Assembly: GCA_008369845.1 (NCBI GenBank)
Contig: MRSU01003554.1
Location: 1 to 59,342 of the forward strand
DNA: 59,342 nt
Direction of reading: 5' to 3'
Source of the DNA: Trichomonas gallinae
Lineage: Eukaryota
Each line of letters begins with the position of its first letter. The first letter of the stretch is position 1. The position numbers and the translations under genes were made by a program. Positions 11,332-21,352 of the stretch are shown in pieces. The notes beneath the pieces are model-generated. The model was given only the letters and a program-made list of their open reading frames with translations. It was not told the DNA's origin and searched no databases.

Positions 11332-12603
11332 TCAAGCATTGCCGGCAAACTTAATATATCCAAACTGCTTCAAGTAATTTGCGACGATTGATATCAAATT
11401 TGATGATTCTTCAGGAAACATTTCTGAGGCCGCTTCTAATGTTAAAGGTTCGTCAGACTTCAAACTTTCAATGATAAACTTGTCTTTCATTTCATGGAAG
11501 ATAGAATAATCGATATTCATTAAATTGCAATATTGAATTTCTTTTTGTGTCAAAACTTCGCGTGCTAATGAGTTTTTCACGCGCATTTCAGTCTCTATTC
11601 TCTGTAGTGACTTAGTAACATTATTTTTCTGGAATTCCGTAATTTCATTTCCAAGATTTTCCATTTGAATAAAGTTTGCTGATATTTGCGATGATGCACC
11701 TTGTTGGAATATGTCATTTCTAAATGCAGCCTCGTCAATTATTTCTTGTTCACTTGATAAAACTTCTTTAATTGTTTTAGTTTGAGATGAATCTAAATAC
11801 TTTCTGCATGGTAACAATATGTTGTCCAAATTATCTTTTGGCAAGTATTTTGTTCTTCCTGAGCCAAAGTTTTTATCAATTATTTGTTCTTTTTCTACAA
11901 ACTTGTGTGCTTCCTTTCTTACATCTATAAACTTGGAGTAATTCATGAGTATATCAAGCTTTTGATTGAATGTGGCTTCATTTTCGTAATCTTTATCAAA
12001 AAATAAATCATTCAGCTTTAATTCAGAATCTGTATAAGCATCATTCTCGTAATCATCTCTTTGTGGCATATATCCGGCCCATTCGCCAAATGACGTGCAA
12101 TTTGATTTTCTTTTTGATTTCAAGACTTCTGGTGCAGCAAGAGAAGGACAAGGTTTATCATTTTCATTTATTGGGTAAAGAATTGGCTTTTCTTGGTCTT
12201 CATTTGATTCAAATTTGCTTGGTAAAGGCGCCGAAGGAGAATTTGCGTAAACATTGAGAAAATGCGCGTAACATTCTTCCGGTGTCTTTGTTTGTACGAA
12301 TTTCGATGCTCTTGTCCAGTCATCAACTCCGTGGAACTGTAATGAAAATAATAATTTAATTTCTTCCGATATAGTCCAGTTATCCTCATATATTTCGCTT
12401 TCACTGATGTTAATAAGTATGAATTCGTGCTCTTTCGAGTGCCTTTCGTTTTCTTTGCCATTTGCTAAACAATATATGCACATTATATAGTTTTCGCAGT
12501 CCAAACATTTGGCGTACACCTCATTTCTGATCAAGCAATGGCATGATGAACATACATGAATGTATTCTTCAAGATCGCGCGAAGAAAATTTAGTCTTCCT
12601 CAT
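11332..12603 (-). CDS. ADA2: Transcriptional adaptor ADA2 (ZZ zinc finger, SANT/Myb, SWIRM-like C-terminus)
   Basis: ZZ finger CSSC..CLDC..CIYC..H...H, SANT WTISEEIKLL...GVDDW...KTPEECYAHF, and ADA2 box GYMPQRDDYE. Confidence 0.9.
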   Translation of the reverse strand: MRKTKFSSRDLEEYIHVCSSCHCLIRNEVYAKCLDCENYIMCIYCLANGKENERHSKEHEFILINISESEIYEDNWTISEEIKLLFSLQFHGVDDWTRASKFVQTKTPEECYAHFLNVYANSPSAPLPSKFESNEDQEKPILYPINENDKPCPSLAAPEVLKSKRKSNCTSFGEWAGYMPQRDDYENDAYTDSELKLNDLFFDKDYENEATFNQKLDILMNYSKFIDVRKEAHKFVEKEQIIDKNFGSGRTKYLPKDNLDNILLPCRKYLDSSQTKTIKEVLSSEQEIIDEAAFRNDIFQQGASSQISANFIQMENLGNEITEFQKNNVTKSLQRIETEMRVKNSLAREVLTQKEIQYCNLMNIDYSIFHEMKDKFIIESLKSDEPLTLEAASEMFPEESSNLISIVANYLKQFGYIKFAGNA

Positions 12604-12686
12604 TAAAAAATGGATTTTTTGGCTATAAATATAACATTTTGTTTAATTATTTGTTTATTTTTTCATTTTTTTTCTTTGTTATTTTT
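12604..12686. promoter_or_regulatory. Compact bidirectional promoter between ADA2 and TBCCD1; Inr TCATTT at 12663
   Basis: Only 83 bp separate the two divergent ATGs, and an Inr-like TCATTTT lies 24 nt upstream of the + strand ATG. Confidence 0.55.
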
Positions 12687-13364
12687 ATGCAGTTCAATAT
12701 CCAAGAGAAAAATGATACAACGATATGCATAAAAGACTCTTTTGCTTCGGATATGACTATCGGCAATAGCAAAGGCTGCTGTTTCTATGTTTTAGAGCAA
12801 ATTTATAAAATAACGCTTCAAAATTTAAACGATTGCATCATTTTCGTATCGAGATCCACGATTTTGGAAGTTGTTAATTCGACCAACGTCAAAGTTACGG
12901 CATTCACCGATAGATTGAAAATCAGCAAGTCTCAAAAATCGACATTTTACTTGTTCACGCTATGTCCGGTCGAATTAGTCAATAATTCAACAGATATCAA
13001 ACTTGCACCATACAATGCAGCACAAAAATCGTTTGAAATTCCAGAAGGAGATAATATATGGGATAAATACGAAATTGATAATAATTGCAGCGTGTCTCTT
13101 CTACCACCATCAGAATTCACTACGTTTGTTGTACCATTTGGCTCAGAACCTTCTGGAATTCCATGCCAGCTTCCAATAAGCTATTCTCAAGCGTTATTAC
13201 AGCGTGAAAGAGTTGCAGAAGAAAGAAGAAAGCTCATTTTAGAATTTTGCCAGCGAGCACCAGCTTATGCATCAGCAATTCAAGAAAGGATAACAAGCTC
13301 GTTCAAAGACGTGCAAGCAAATAATAAGCAGCTACGACAGTTATCAAATGTTGAATATTATTAA
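12687..13364 (+). CDS. TBCCD1: TBCC-domain protein, TBCCD1/ASQ2-like (C-CAP/cofactor C beta-helix)
   Basis: Beta-helix repeats ending KLAPYN, then W..., LLPPSEFTTFVVPF and IPCQLPISYSQALLQRE, which match the TBCCD1 C-terminal block. It lacks the QQFR arginine finger of TBCC/RP2. ATG at 12687. Confidence 0.75.
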   Translation: MQFNIQEKNDTTICIKDSFASDMTIGNSKGCCFYVLEQIYKITLQNLNDCIIFVSRSTILEVVNSTNVKVTAFTDRLKISKSQKSTFYLFTLCPVELVNNSTDIKLAPYNAAQKSFEIPEGDNIWDKYEIDNNCSVSLLPPSEFTTFVVPFGSEPSGIPCQLPISYSQALLQRERVAEERRKLILEFCQRAPAYASAIQERITSSFKDVQANNKQLRQLSNVEYY

Positions 13365-13609
13365 ATATTTCGGCAAATTAATCCAAAGTCCAAATATGTC
13401 AAAGAAACTTGAAATATCACGCCTTTTATCTCTTCACTATTCAATATGTTTAAGATAATCGAAATATTTTTAATTTTAATTAATCTAATTTTCAAATCAT
13501 GTACTATACTAGTTTTCTATATCTAATTTTCAAATGTAAGATAATAGTTGTTCAATCATAAGCACTACATCAGAATACAAAGTATTTTACTATTAATATT
13601 CAATTTCCT

Positions 13610-13675
13610 CCGGCGATAATGCACCTGCACCTTCGGTGTTGGTGTGATGTCATCATTGTCTCTGGCTCAGAGCCA
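13610..13675 (+). ncRNA. Candidate structured RNA (GC-rich hairpin island), family unknown
   Basis: Nested stems CCGG/CTGG, GATAATG/CATTGTC, CACC/GGTG and GCACC-TTC-GGTGT, with G.U pairs that work only on the + strand, inside a very AT-rich spacer. Confidence 0.3.
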
Positions 13676-14147
13676 AATTATCAACAACATCAATTATATT
13701 TTATTTTTTTATAAATAATTATTCAATCAACTCTGAATAATAAAACATTAGATAGTGTTTTTACTAATATTCCTAGTTACAATAACAAAAAAGCTCTAAA
13801 AGTCATTTATCAACTATATTTTAAAGTTTTTCAATGATTTTTTAAATATTTTTTAATTTGAGCTGGTCTATTTTATCTATCTGTCTGTTAATAAGTGTGA
13901 TTTCTGATATTTCATATTCAAATTCTTCATCTTTTCTAATCAGTATCCAATCAATAATGACATTCGAAATTAGCTAAGTATATGATGTAATGATTAATTT
14001 TAAAACATATTAATTATTTGTCAAAGTTAAAAATTAATAATATTCACTATAAAAACGTGATCTTTAATAAATCTTTTTATATTTTTGCAGTAATGTAAAA
14101 ATTTTGGCAATCATTGTTTTACCCTAAATCATAATGATATAGGCCTT

Positions 14148-16277
14148 ATGGAAGTAAGTGATTCAAAATTCATCAAATTTTTGATGCTCGATAAAAATAC
14201 ATTGATAAGAATTGCTAATGTTTTCTCAACGCAATTATTTGCTATTGAGAACAAGAAAATCGAACAATATGGTATCGAGGCAATGCGTATTTCTAAAGGA
14301 GAACTCGATATTCGACAAATTTTAAAATTGAATCAAACAAAAGCCGGCGAAAAAGCTGCAATATTCCGAAATCAGCTTTTAAGTCTGCGAATAACCAAGC
14401 TAATTACATTATTTCGGACCTATGACATTAATGATTTAGATGACTTGCAAAATTATCTCGAAGAATTGAATCAAGATCCTCAAATCGCAAGAATACAACA
14501 CAAAATAGATAAATGGGAGAAATACGAAACAATTGCATCGCTTAGACAGAAACCTGAAAATTCAATTCCACCAAATGATGAAAATACGGCAAATGTATCA
14601 TTAAGACTGCAAAATAGATACATTTTCTCAGATAATATACAACATTCAGTCATCATTAACTATCTAGAATTATCAGATTCATCTTTTGGAAAACTAATTC
14701 GTGAGTTTAGAGACAAATTAGACACAAAAACAGATATTGAGCACGAAATACCACAGTTTTTGGAATCAATCAGATCAAAATTCTCGACTTTCTTTCAAGA
14801 TCCAGAAAATGTTCCTGATTTCGTCCCTGCTTTAAATTTCACATCATTGCACGATTTCAAATACCATAAAGATATACATGAAGTACAGCTTCTTGAGATA
14901 ATTAACCAATCTTTCCATTCAATAACTCCAGAACATATCGAATTATCATTTGAAAAGTATTTTTATGCACAATGCGGTGAAAAAATACTCGAAAGAATCA
15001 AAGATGCTTCAGAAGATGCTATAATAGAACATAAATACAAAGAATTTGAAAACATTTCGCCATTTTTACTCGGAATTAAGCCACAAACAGTTCATTATTC
15101 CATAAAATTCTTCGATGAACCCATAAAATTACTAAAACACATGTCAGAAGTCAAAAATCCAACATCAAAATTAATTTCAATTTTCCTATCCATAGAAAAC
15201 ATATTGAAAAATCTTTCGAAACATAAAACTGTAGGAGTGGATGATATAACAGATCCACTACTTTACTGTGTGATTCAAGCAAAGATTCCTAACATTATTT
15301 CTCAAATGAAACTTATTCAGCTGTTTGTGAACAGCAGGTTAATGAAAACAGCATTTGGAGCCCATTTTACTTCATTACTTTCAGTAGTTCATCGCTTAAA
15401 AGCGCTTAATATATCGGAATTAAAGAAACCAATTAAAATACTGATTCCCGTTTTGTCACAAACAGAAAATAGTATTGAATTAGAAAAATATAGACTAAAT
15501 ATTCTTCCACCTTTGATATTTAAAGATAAAATGCTGCCAGTTATTGCAATTGAAACAGAAGACGAAAATAATAAAATTTACGTAGAGAAATACAATATTG
15601 AAGACGTAGGAGAACACATGGCATTGATTTCACAACTCAATTTCAGTGATTTTACTGATGTTCAAATTGGTGATGCTAAGTTATATATAAAACTATCAGA
15701 AACAGATATAATTCCATTTAAAGATGCAAATGATTATCATAATATAATCACCAGATTTATCCTTCATTATATTGATAATTTAAGTCCTTCAGAACCAATT
15801 GAAGAGCATCTTAAAACAATATCAAAGTTATATGGAATTCAATGCGATACAATAGAATCTGCAGAAACACTCATAATTTCTAGATTATCTTATGAATTAC
15901 ATGAATTTGGATTATTAGAAGATTTTGATTATCACACATGTAAGTTTGATCATAATTTCTACAAATCATACAAGAATTTTGCTCGAAAGTTCATTTCACA
16001 TGAAAATAAAGTTGAATTTTTAACACCAAGCTTCTGCAACGCGATTCACAACACATTCTCTGTATGGGTCGAAGCAATCACCATTAAACCAATTATTGGA
16101 GATGAAGCAGTTCATTGGAAAGTCCCTGTAATGATTATGCAGTTTTTGAGCGGCATTCCATTAACTAGATATTTCGATAGCAACACTAGGGCTAAGGCCG
16201 CTACAATCTTCAATCTTTTATCCGTGCAACAAAAGATTTCGGTAGAAGATAAAATTTCGCTCCAAAAAGTTATATAA
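14148..16277 (+). CDS. VPS9-domain protein (Rab5-family GEF)
   Basis: KNPTSKLISI..., VGVDDITDPLLYCVIQAKIPNIISQMKLIQLF and FTSLLSVV match VPS9 core motifs (GADD, P, Y, T). Confidence 0.85.
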   Translation: MEVSDSKFIKFLMLDKNTLIRIANVFSTQLFAIENKKIEQYGIEAMRISKGELDIRQILKLNQTKAGEKAAIFRNQLLSLRITKLITLFRTYDINDLDDLQNYLEELNQDPQIARIQHKIDKWEKYETIASLRQKPENSIPPNDENTANVSLRLQNRYIFSDNIQHSVIINYLELSDSSFGKLIREFRDKLDTKTDIEHEIPQFLESIRSKFSTFFQDPENVPDFVPALNFTSLHDFKYHKDIHEVQLLEIINQSFHSITPEHIELSFEKYFYAQCGEKILERIKDASEDAIIEHKYKEFENISPFLLGIKPQTVHYSIKFFDEPIKLLKHMSEVKNPTSKLISIFLSIENILKNLSKHKTVGVDDITDPLLYCVIQAKIPNIISQMKLIQLFVNSRLMKTAFGAHFTSLLSVVHRLKALNISELKKPIKILIPVLSQTENSIELEKYRLNILPPLIFKDKMLPVIAIETEDENNKIYVEKYNIEDVGEHMALISQLNFSDFTDVQIGDAKLYIKLSETDIIPFKDANDYHNIITRFILHYIDNLSPSEPIEEHLKTISKLYGIQCDTIESAETLIISRLSYELHEFGLLEDFDYHTCKFDHNFYKSYKNFARKFISHENKVEFLTPSFCNAIHNTFSVWVEAITIKPIIGDEAVHWKVPVMIMQFLSGIPLTRYFDSNTRAKAATIFNLLSVQQKISVEDKISLQKVI

Positions 16278-16931
16278 TTATTATATATTGCGTATATAAA
16301 GTTGTTTGTATATTCATTTTTACGTTATTATTTAAAAATATTATAGAATCGAAAACTTCATTTAACTTCACGACCGATTTGCTCCACGCTTTGACAATAA
16401 ACTATATAGTTGTAAAAGGAACTAGTGTAATGGATGATGAGTTGCTGGATCTCTTAGAAAGATCTTTTTTGTATTTTTACTTCAAACTTTGTAAATAAGC
16501 TATATATGCATACACAACTTTATATTCCAAGAATAAGTCGAAATGGTTTAATCAGAATTTGATACATTCAAAATTTACCGCTAATCTTTCAATTTTTAAT
16601 CCGAAAAAAATAGAGTTAGAATATGATATATAAATTTCATTTTCCATTCTTATAAAGAAATATTTTTGAATGCATAATTATCGTTTATTCTTTTTTTTTG
16701 AATATCCGCTCAAATTTTTGATTAGACATAGTTTTTCATCATTTAATGGCTTAGTTTAGATAATTGCATATATTGCATTATGTCATTTTTGATTTTTTGA
16801 TTTTTTTTATAAATAATATCACAATCGATCACGAAGAATATACATAAATTCATATGAAAAAGTCTGTGAAGTCAATTTCATCGAAATTTGAAAAATGTTG
16901 ATAGACTGATTTTATTGATGATACAATGATC

Positions 16932-17026
16932 ATGATTTTGATGATCCGCTAGATCAACCGTAAATTCTAAATATGCAGCGATATATGCAAGCATTCCATT
17001 TTGCAGTTCCTAGGATGCTGAATCAT
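16932..17026 (+). ncRNA. Candidate box C/D snoRNA
   Basis: Terminal stem ATGAT/ATCAT, C-box TGATGA (16939-16944), D-box CTGA (17018-17021), 95 nt, intergenic. No target was verified. Confidence 0.3.
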
Positions 17027-17259
17027 TTTCTGTAGACATTGAAAATATTACATTTGGCATTGAAAAAAATTCAATTCATTACACTATATGTCATTAATTA
17101 CATAGTTTTACGTCGATAGAAAAATTTATTTACAACTCCATTCAAATTATTGAATAACGTTGTTTATTTACATTTAATCATTTCTCTTTTTACATTTAAT
17201 TTTTATTCCTTTTCAAACAAATTTTTTCTTCACTTTTGTTTTAACAAAAAAAAAAAATT

Positions 17260-18819
17260 ATGTTGTGTGTGAATAATTTCGAGATCACTGGGCAGTCTCT
17301 CTTCGAGCATTATTGGGTTAAGAGGGGGACACATAAGGAGTCGAAGAGGCAGTATTTCATACAGAAATTTTCATTATTGCAACATTATTCATCTGAAATT
17401 ATCAGATTTATTTCGTCTTTGATGAAACTTGAAAAAATAAAGATAGACAACCTTATGGATGTTGCGGGATTTTGTATAGATAACCTAGATCTTTATGTTT
17501 TTTACGATGACGATGATTTTATACCTGTCAATTACAATAATTTAGACGTTCCGGAACAAGAAAAACTACTCACTCAGGTGTCTGATGCACTTCTCATTCT
17601 TCATAAGTATGATGTTTACCATTTAGCATTAAAGATGCAATTTATATTCAAAGATCGACAAAGTAACTACCGTTTAGGCTTTATTGCACCATACCCACAT
17701 GATACAATCGATCCACAAGATGATATCTTACCATTACATGATAATAAACTTTGCTACCATGATATATTCTTATACGGCCTTCTTCGAGCGGAGGTTCTCC
17801 TTAAAGAGCAAAGAAGACACATATTGGAGAGAATTTGGGACCTCAAAAGCCCACTTACTCAAGAAGATCCACAAATCGACGCTTGCCTGAATCTGGCTGC
17901 TGAACAACGACCATCTTTCTCAATGTTTTCAACATCAACAAAGACATATCCTGAATCAATTGAATTTTCGCCTTCAGATCTATTCAAGATAATTCGCGAT
18001 GTCAAACCAATCGCAGGATCATGTTATTTGAACGGTATTGGTGTTGAAAAGGACGAAAACAAGGCAAAGGAGATATTCGCGTCATCCAACGACCCGATTT
18101 CGCTCAACGACATGGCAAAATTTGTCATTGAAGAAAGCCACGAAAAAGCTCTCGAATACTTAACACAGTCAGCAGAATGCAACTTTTCTGTTGCCATGAA
18201 GAATGCAGGCCTTATATACATACAAGATGGCCGCATCAAAGATGGAATACATTATCTCGTTAAGTCTGCAAATCTCGGTTTTCACGATGCTTATTTAATT
18301 CTCGCCGACACTTTTGTTAGATCAAACACACAGGTTGCTTTTAACTACATAGAAATGGCTGCTCACAGAGGAGATACTCGAGCTTTAGTCAGTCTCGGCC
18401 TCTATTACGAGCACGCTTGGGGCTGCAAGCAAGATTTCAAGTTGATGGCAGGAAATTGGGTTCTCGCAGCTAAAATAGGAAGCGAGCAGGCTCTGAACAA
18501 CATTGGCGTACATATTGACTCTAAGGACTCTGCAATGAAGCTGTGGGCGAACCTCAAAGATCCAATCACTTTCTTCAACATCGGAAATATTTTGCTGAAA
18601 AGAGGAGAACAGTTTTACGATCAAGCTGTTGACATGATGAGACACTCAGCTGATGCTGGATATGTGCCTGCAATGTTCAACATGGCTTCGCTGCTCAAAG
18701 ATAAGAATCCTGAAGAAGCTGACAAATGGTGTAAAAAGGCAGCGACAGCAAAGGCCAATGAACTAGCTATGGAAGCCAGAATGAAAGATATTGCAACAAT
18801 AGCCGCTGATTCTCTTTGA
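17260..18819 (+). CDS. Pseudokinase plus Sel1-like repeat protein
   Basis: The N-terminal kinase-like fold is degenerate (LHKYDVYHLALK in place of HRDLK, no DFG, DIFLYG, RPSF). The C-terminus has Sel1 repeats (YLNGIGVEKDENKA, SANLG, AAHRGD..ALVSLGLYY, SADAGYVPAMFN). Inr TCACTTTT at 17230. Confidence 0.85.
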   Translation: MLCVNNFEITGQSLFEHYWVKRGTHKESKRQYFIQKFSLLQHYSSEIIRFISSLMKLEKIKIDNLMDVAGFCIDNLDLYVFYDDDDFIPVNYNNLDVPEQEKLLTQVSDALLILHKYDVYHLALKMQFIFKDRQSNYRLGFIAPYPHDTIDPQDDILPLHDNKLCYHDIFLYGLLRAEVLLKEQRRHILERIWDLKSPLTQEDPQIDACLNLAAEQRPSFSMFSTSTKTYPESIEFSPSDLFKIIRDVKPIAGSCYLNGIGVEKDENKAKEIFASSNDPISLNDMAKFVIEESHEKALEYLTQSAECNFSVAMKNAGLIYIQDGRIKDGIHYLVKSANLGFHDAYLILADTFVRSNTQVAFNYIEMAAHRGDTRALVSLGLYYEHAWGCKQDFKLMAGNWVLAAKIGSEQALNNIGVHIDSKDSAMKLWANLKDPITFFNIGNILLKRGEQFYDQAVDMMRHSADAGYVPAMFNMASLLKDKNPEEADKWCKKAATAKANELAMEARMKDIATIAADSL

Positions 18820-19116
18820 ATTATCTTGTAAATGTTATTTTAATTTTCTTTATATATAACAAGAAAGGAAGAACATCTCTTTTTGATATGAAGAAAAAAT
18901 GGGATGCAGAGAATAAATGACTAAGTGAATTCTCTTGGAACTGCGTCGAAACAATACATTAGGATCTGTTATAACAAATCATTTCTTTTTAAGAAATTCT
19001 TACTTCATTGCATGTATTATCTGTCAATAGGGAAAATTTACAATGTCAGATTGTCAGATTTTCGAAAAATGACAGATCAGAATGTCATTGTAAATTTACA
19101 AATGTCAAATGTTAGA

Positions 19117-19380
19117 TTAAGGGGCGCATCAAATTTTCGATCTCGAAAAAGTCTCGTTTCGATGCGGCATATAATGATGTGTGTCAACTGTTGATGCACG
19201 AGTCATTGAAGAAAAACTCATGCATTTCGCAAATGAAATCTCATTTTGACAAAAATATCCGCATCATATACAAATCACAACGGATATAGGTGATAAATTG
19301 ACTCATTGCACAATTTGACAATAAGTGAATACAATAATTTTTTTAATATTCGCGATATTTCGAGAAAACCCCAAATTTAT
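19117..19380. mobile_element. Possible degenerate MITE
   Basis: Starts TTAA|GGGGCGCATC. TCTCGAAAAAGTCTCG (19141-19156) is an imperfect inverted match to CGCGATATTTCGAGA (19351-19365). The right terminus is decayed. Confidence 0.2.
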
Positions 19381-19545
19381 CAATTCGATGATATAAGCAC
19401 CAAGAAGTGTCTATAAATGCATATGTAATGGAAGAAAATCTGTAATGAGTTAAAATAGTCAGTTTCAAGGAAAATTTATTCCTTTGCTCAACTGTTCGGC
19501 CAAATAAACTATTGAATTTTTAATTTTTTTTTCTCTTCATTTATT

Positions 19546-21021
19546 ATGAAATACATTTGGCTTTTGCTGATTGCGTCTCTGACTTTTGAAGCCGCTCTCA
19601 GCTACTTTACGATGAGCCAGTCGCCCAAGGAAATCGAGTGGGTTACATCGCTAAAGGATAAGTACGGATATAATGGAAAGTTGACAGATATTCGCCGCCA
19701 AGACATGGTGCACCTCAATGGATCTACATACCTCGATTACACTGGTTCTGGCCTCTATCGTACATCACAAATCGACACAATCATGAATACATACAAAACA
19801 AATCTATTTGCGAACCCGCACTCGGATTCTCCAGCATCTTCATTCACAACAGACATCGTAGAAGAAGTCCGCGATGAAATTCTCAAGTTCGTTGGAGCAT
19901 CAGCAAGCGAATACAGCGTTATTTTCACTGCGTCCGCGACATCGTCATTGAAGCTCCTCGGTGAATCATTCCCATGGTCGAATGAGTCACTTTATCTCTA
20001 TACTCGCGATAATCACAACAGTGTCTTAGGCGTTCGCAGATGGGCGAAGCACTTCTCAGCAAGCTTCCAGACAGTCGATCCAAGCGACCTAGAGGGCTCA
20101 GGAAAGCCACTTTCATCTTCAACTGAAGGTCCATATAATTTATTCGCTTATCCAGCAGAAGAAAACTTCGCTGGTAAGAAATATGACTTGTCGTGGATCC
20201 AGAAGTTCCGCACAACAGACTTTGGCCACAAATTCAGGAAGGGAAGATGGTTTGTTCTCTTGGATGCTGCTGCTTACCTCCCAACGAACCGTTTGAACTT
20301 GAAGAAGACTCCAGCAGATTTCGTCGTCATGAGCTTCTACAAGATTTTCGGCTATCCTAACCTCGGCGCGCTCATTGTTCGCAATGATGCACTTAAGTAC
20401 CTCGAAAAGCGCGATTTCTCTGGTGGAACAGTCGTTATTGCTACATGTGGAACGGATTATGCTCTTTTCCAGCCACGTGGATGCGCTAAGTTCGAAGATG
20501 GTACAATTCCTTTCCTTTCCATCATCGCTTTACGTGAAGGCTTCAAGAAACTCAACGAGCTTGGTATAGACAACATCCACGACCACACATGGGCCCTCAC
20601 ACGCGAACTTTACACTAGATTATCAAGACTCAGACATAAATCAACTGGTAGACCGGTTGTTAAGATCTATGGTAATCATGTAAAGAACAATCCGAATAAC
20701 CAGGGCTCTATTTTGGCCGTCAACTTCCTCAATTCCACTGGAAGCTTCATCGGATACAACGTTGTTATGCGCAAAGCCTCAAAGGAGAACATCAACATCA
20801 GAGTTGGATGCTTCTGCAACCCAGGCGCATGCATTGCTGCTGCTGGACTCCACGATGATCAAGTTCAGCAATATTACAGCAAGAAGACATCATGCCACGA
20901 TGCTATAGATATAGTAGATGGAGTTCCACTCGGTGCTGTAAGAATATCTCTTGGCGCTTACACAACAATTGAAGATATTGTCAAGATCGAGAAATTCGTT
21001 GCCGACAACTTCGCAGAGTAA
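19546..21021 (+). CDS. Molybdenum-cofactor-sulfurase-like PLP-dependent cysteine desulfurase (aminotransferase class V) with N-terminal signal peptide and no MOSC domain
   Basis: YLDYTGSGLY, ANPHS, NHNSVLG, LLDAAA, SFYKIFGYP (PLP Lys), FEDGT, RVGCFCNPGAC (catalytic Cys) and GAVRISLG. Hydrophobic leader MKYIWLLLIASLTFEAALS. Inr TCATTT at 19537. Confidence 0.9.
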   Translation: MKYIWLLLIASLTFEAALSYFTMSQSPKEIEWVTSLKDKYGYNGKLTDIRRQDMVHLNGSTYLDYTGSGLYRTSQIDTIMNTYKTNLFANPHSDSPASSFTTDIVEEVRDEILKFVGASASEYSVIFTASATSSLKLLGESFPWSNESLYLYTRDNHNSVLGVRRWAKHFSASFQTVDPSDLEGSGKPLSSSTEGPYNLFAYPAEENFAGKKYDLSWIQKFRTTDFGHKFRKGRWFVLLDAAAYLPTNRLNLKKTPADFVVMSFYKIFGYPNLGALIVRNDALKYLEKRDFSGGTVVIATCGTDYALFQPRGCAKFEDGTIPFLSIIALREGFKKLNELGIDNIHDHTWALTRELYTRLSRLRHKSTGRPVVKIYGNHVKNNPNNQGSILAVNFLNSTGSFIGYNVVMRKASKENINIRVGCFCNPGACIAAAGLHDDQVQQYYSKKTSCHDAIDIVDGVPLGAVRISLGAYTTIEDIVKIEKFVADNFAE

Positions 21022-21352
21022 TTTTATTCATACTCAAAGACCTTTTTTGTCTAAAATATGATTTTTTTAATTATATAAAAATTTGATTATATGAATTTTA
21101 TTTTATGCTATGATATTTGCAAGTTTGGAAACACTTTTAAAGTGCATATGTAAGCATTTGCACGCAATCCCACATTGTTATCATCAATCAAATTTCGTAA
21201 TAATTTATCAGATGCAAAGCATTTTCTGTCTGTATAATAAAGCACATCAAGTAAATGATTAATTTGCATGGCTTACTGAGTCGACTTATCCTCGGAGTTT
21301 TTTCTATAAATTAGGGCTTTTTCATTAATAGAACGAACAAATCATTACATCA

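Noticed and set aside
13418..13432. GCCTTTTAT resembling U5 snRNA loop 1
   Set aside because: It mismatches the invariant GCCUUUUAC and has no closing stem.
13625..13660. SECIS-like reading on the minus strand (ATGA..AA..)
   Set aside because: There is no 3' GA for the quartet and no upstream minus-strand UGA-containing gene.
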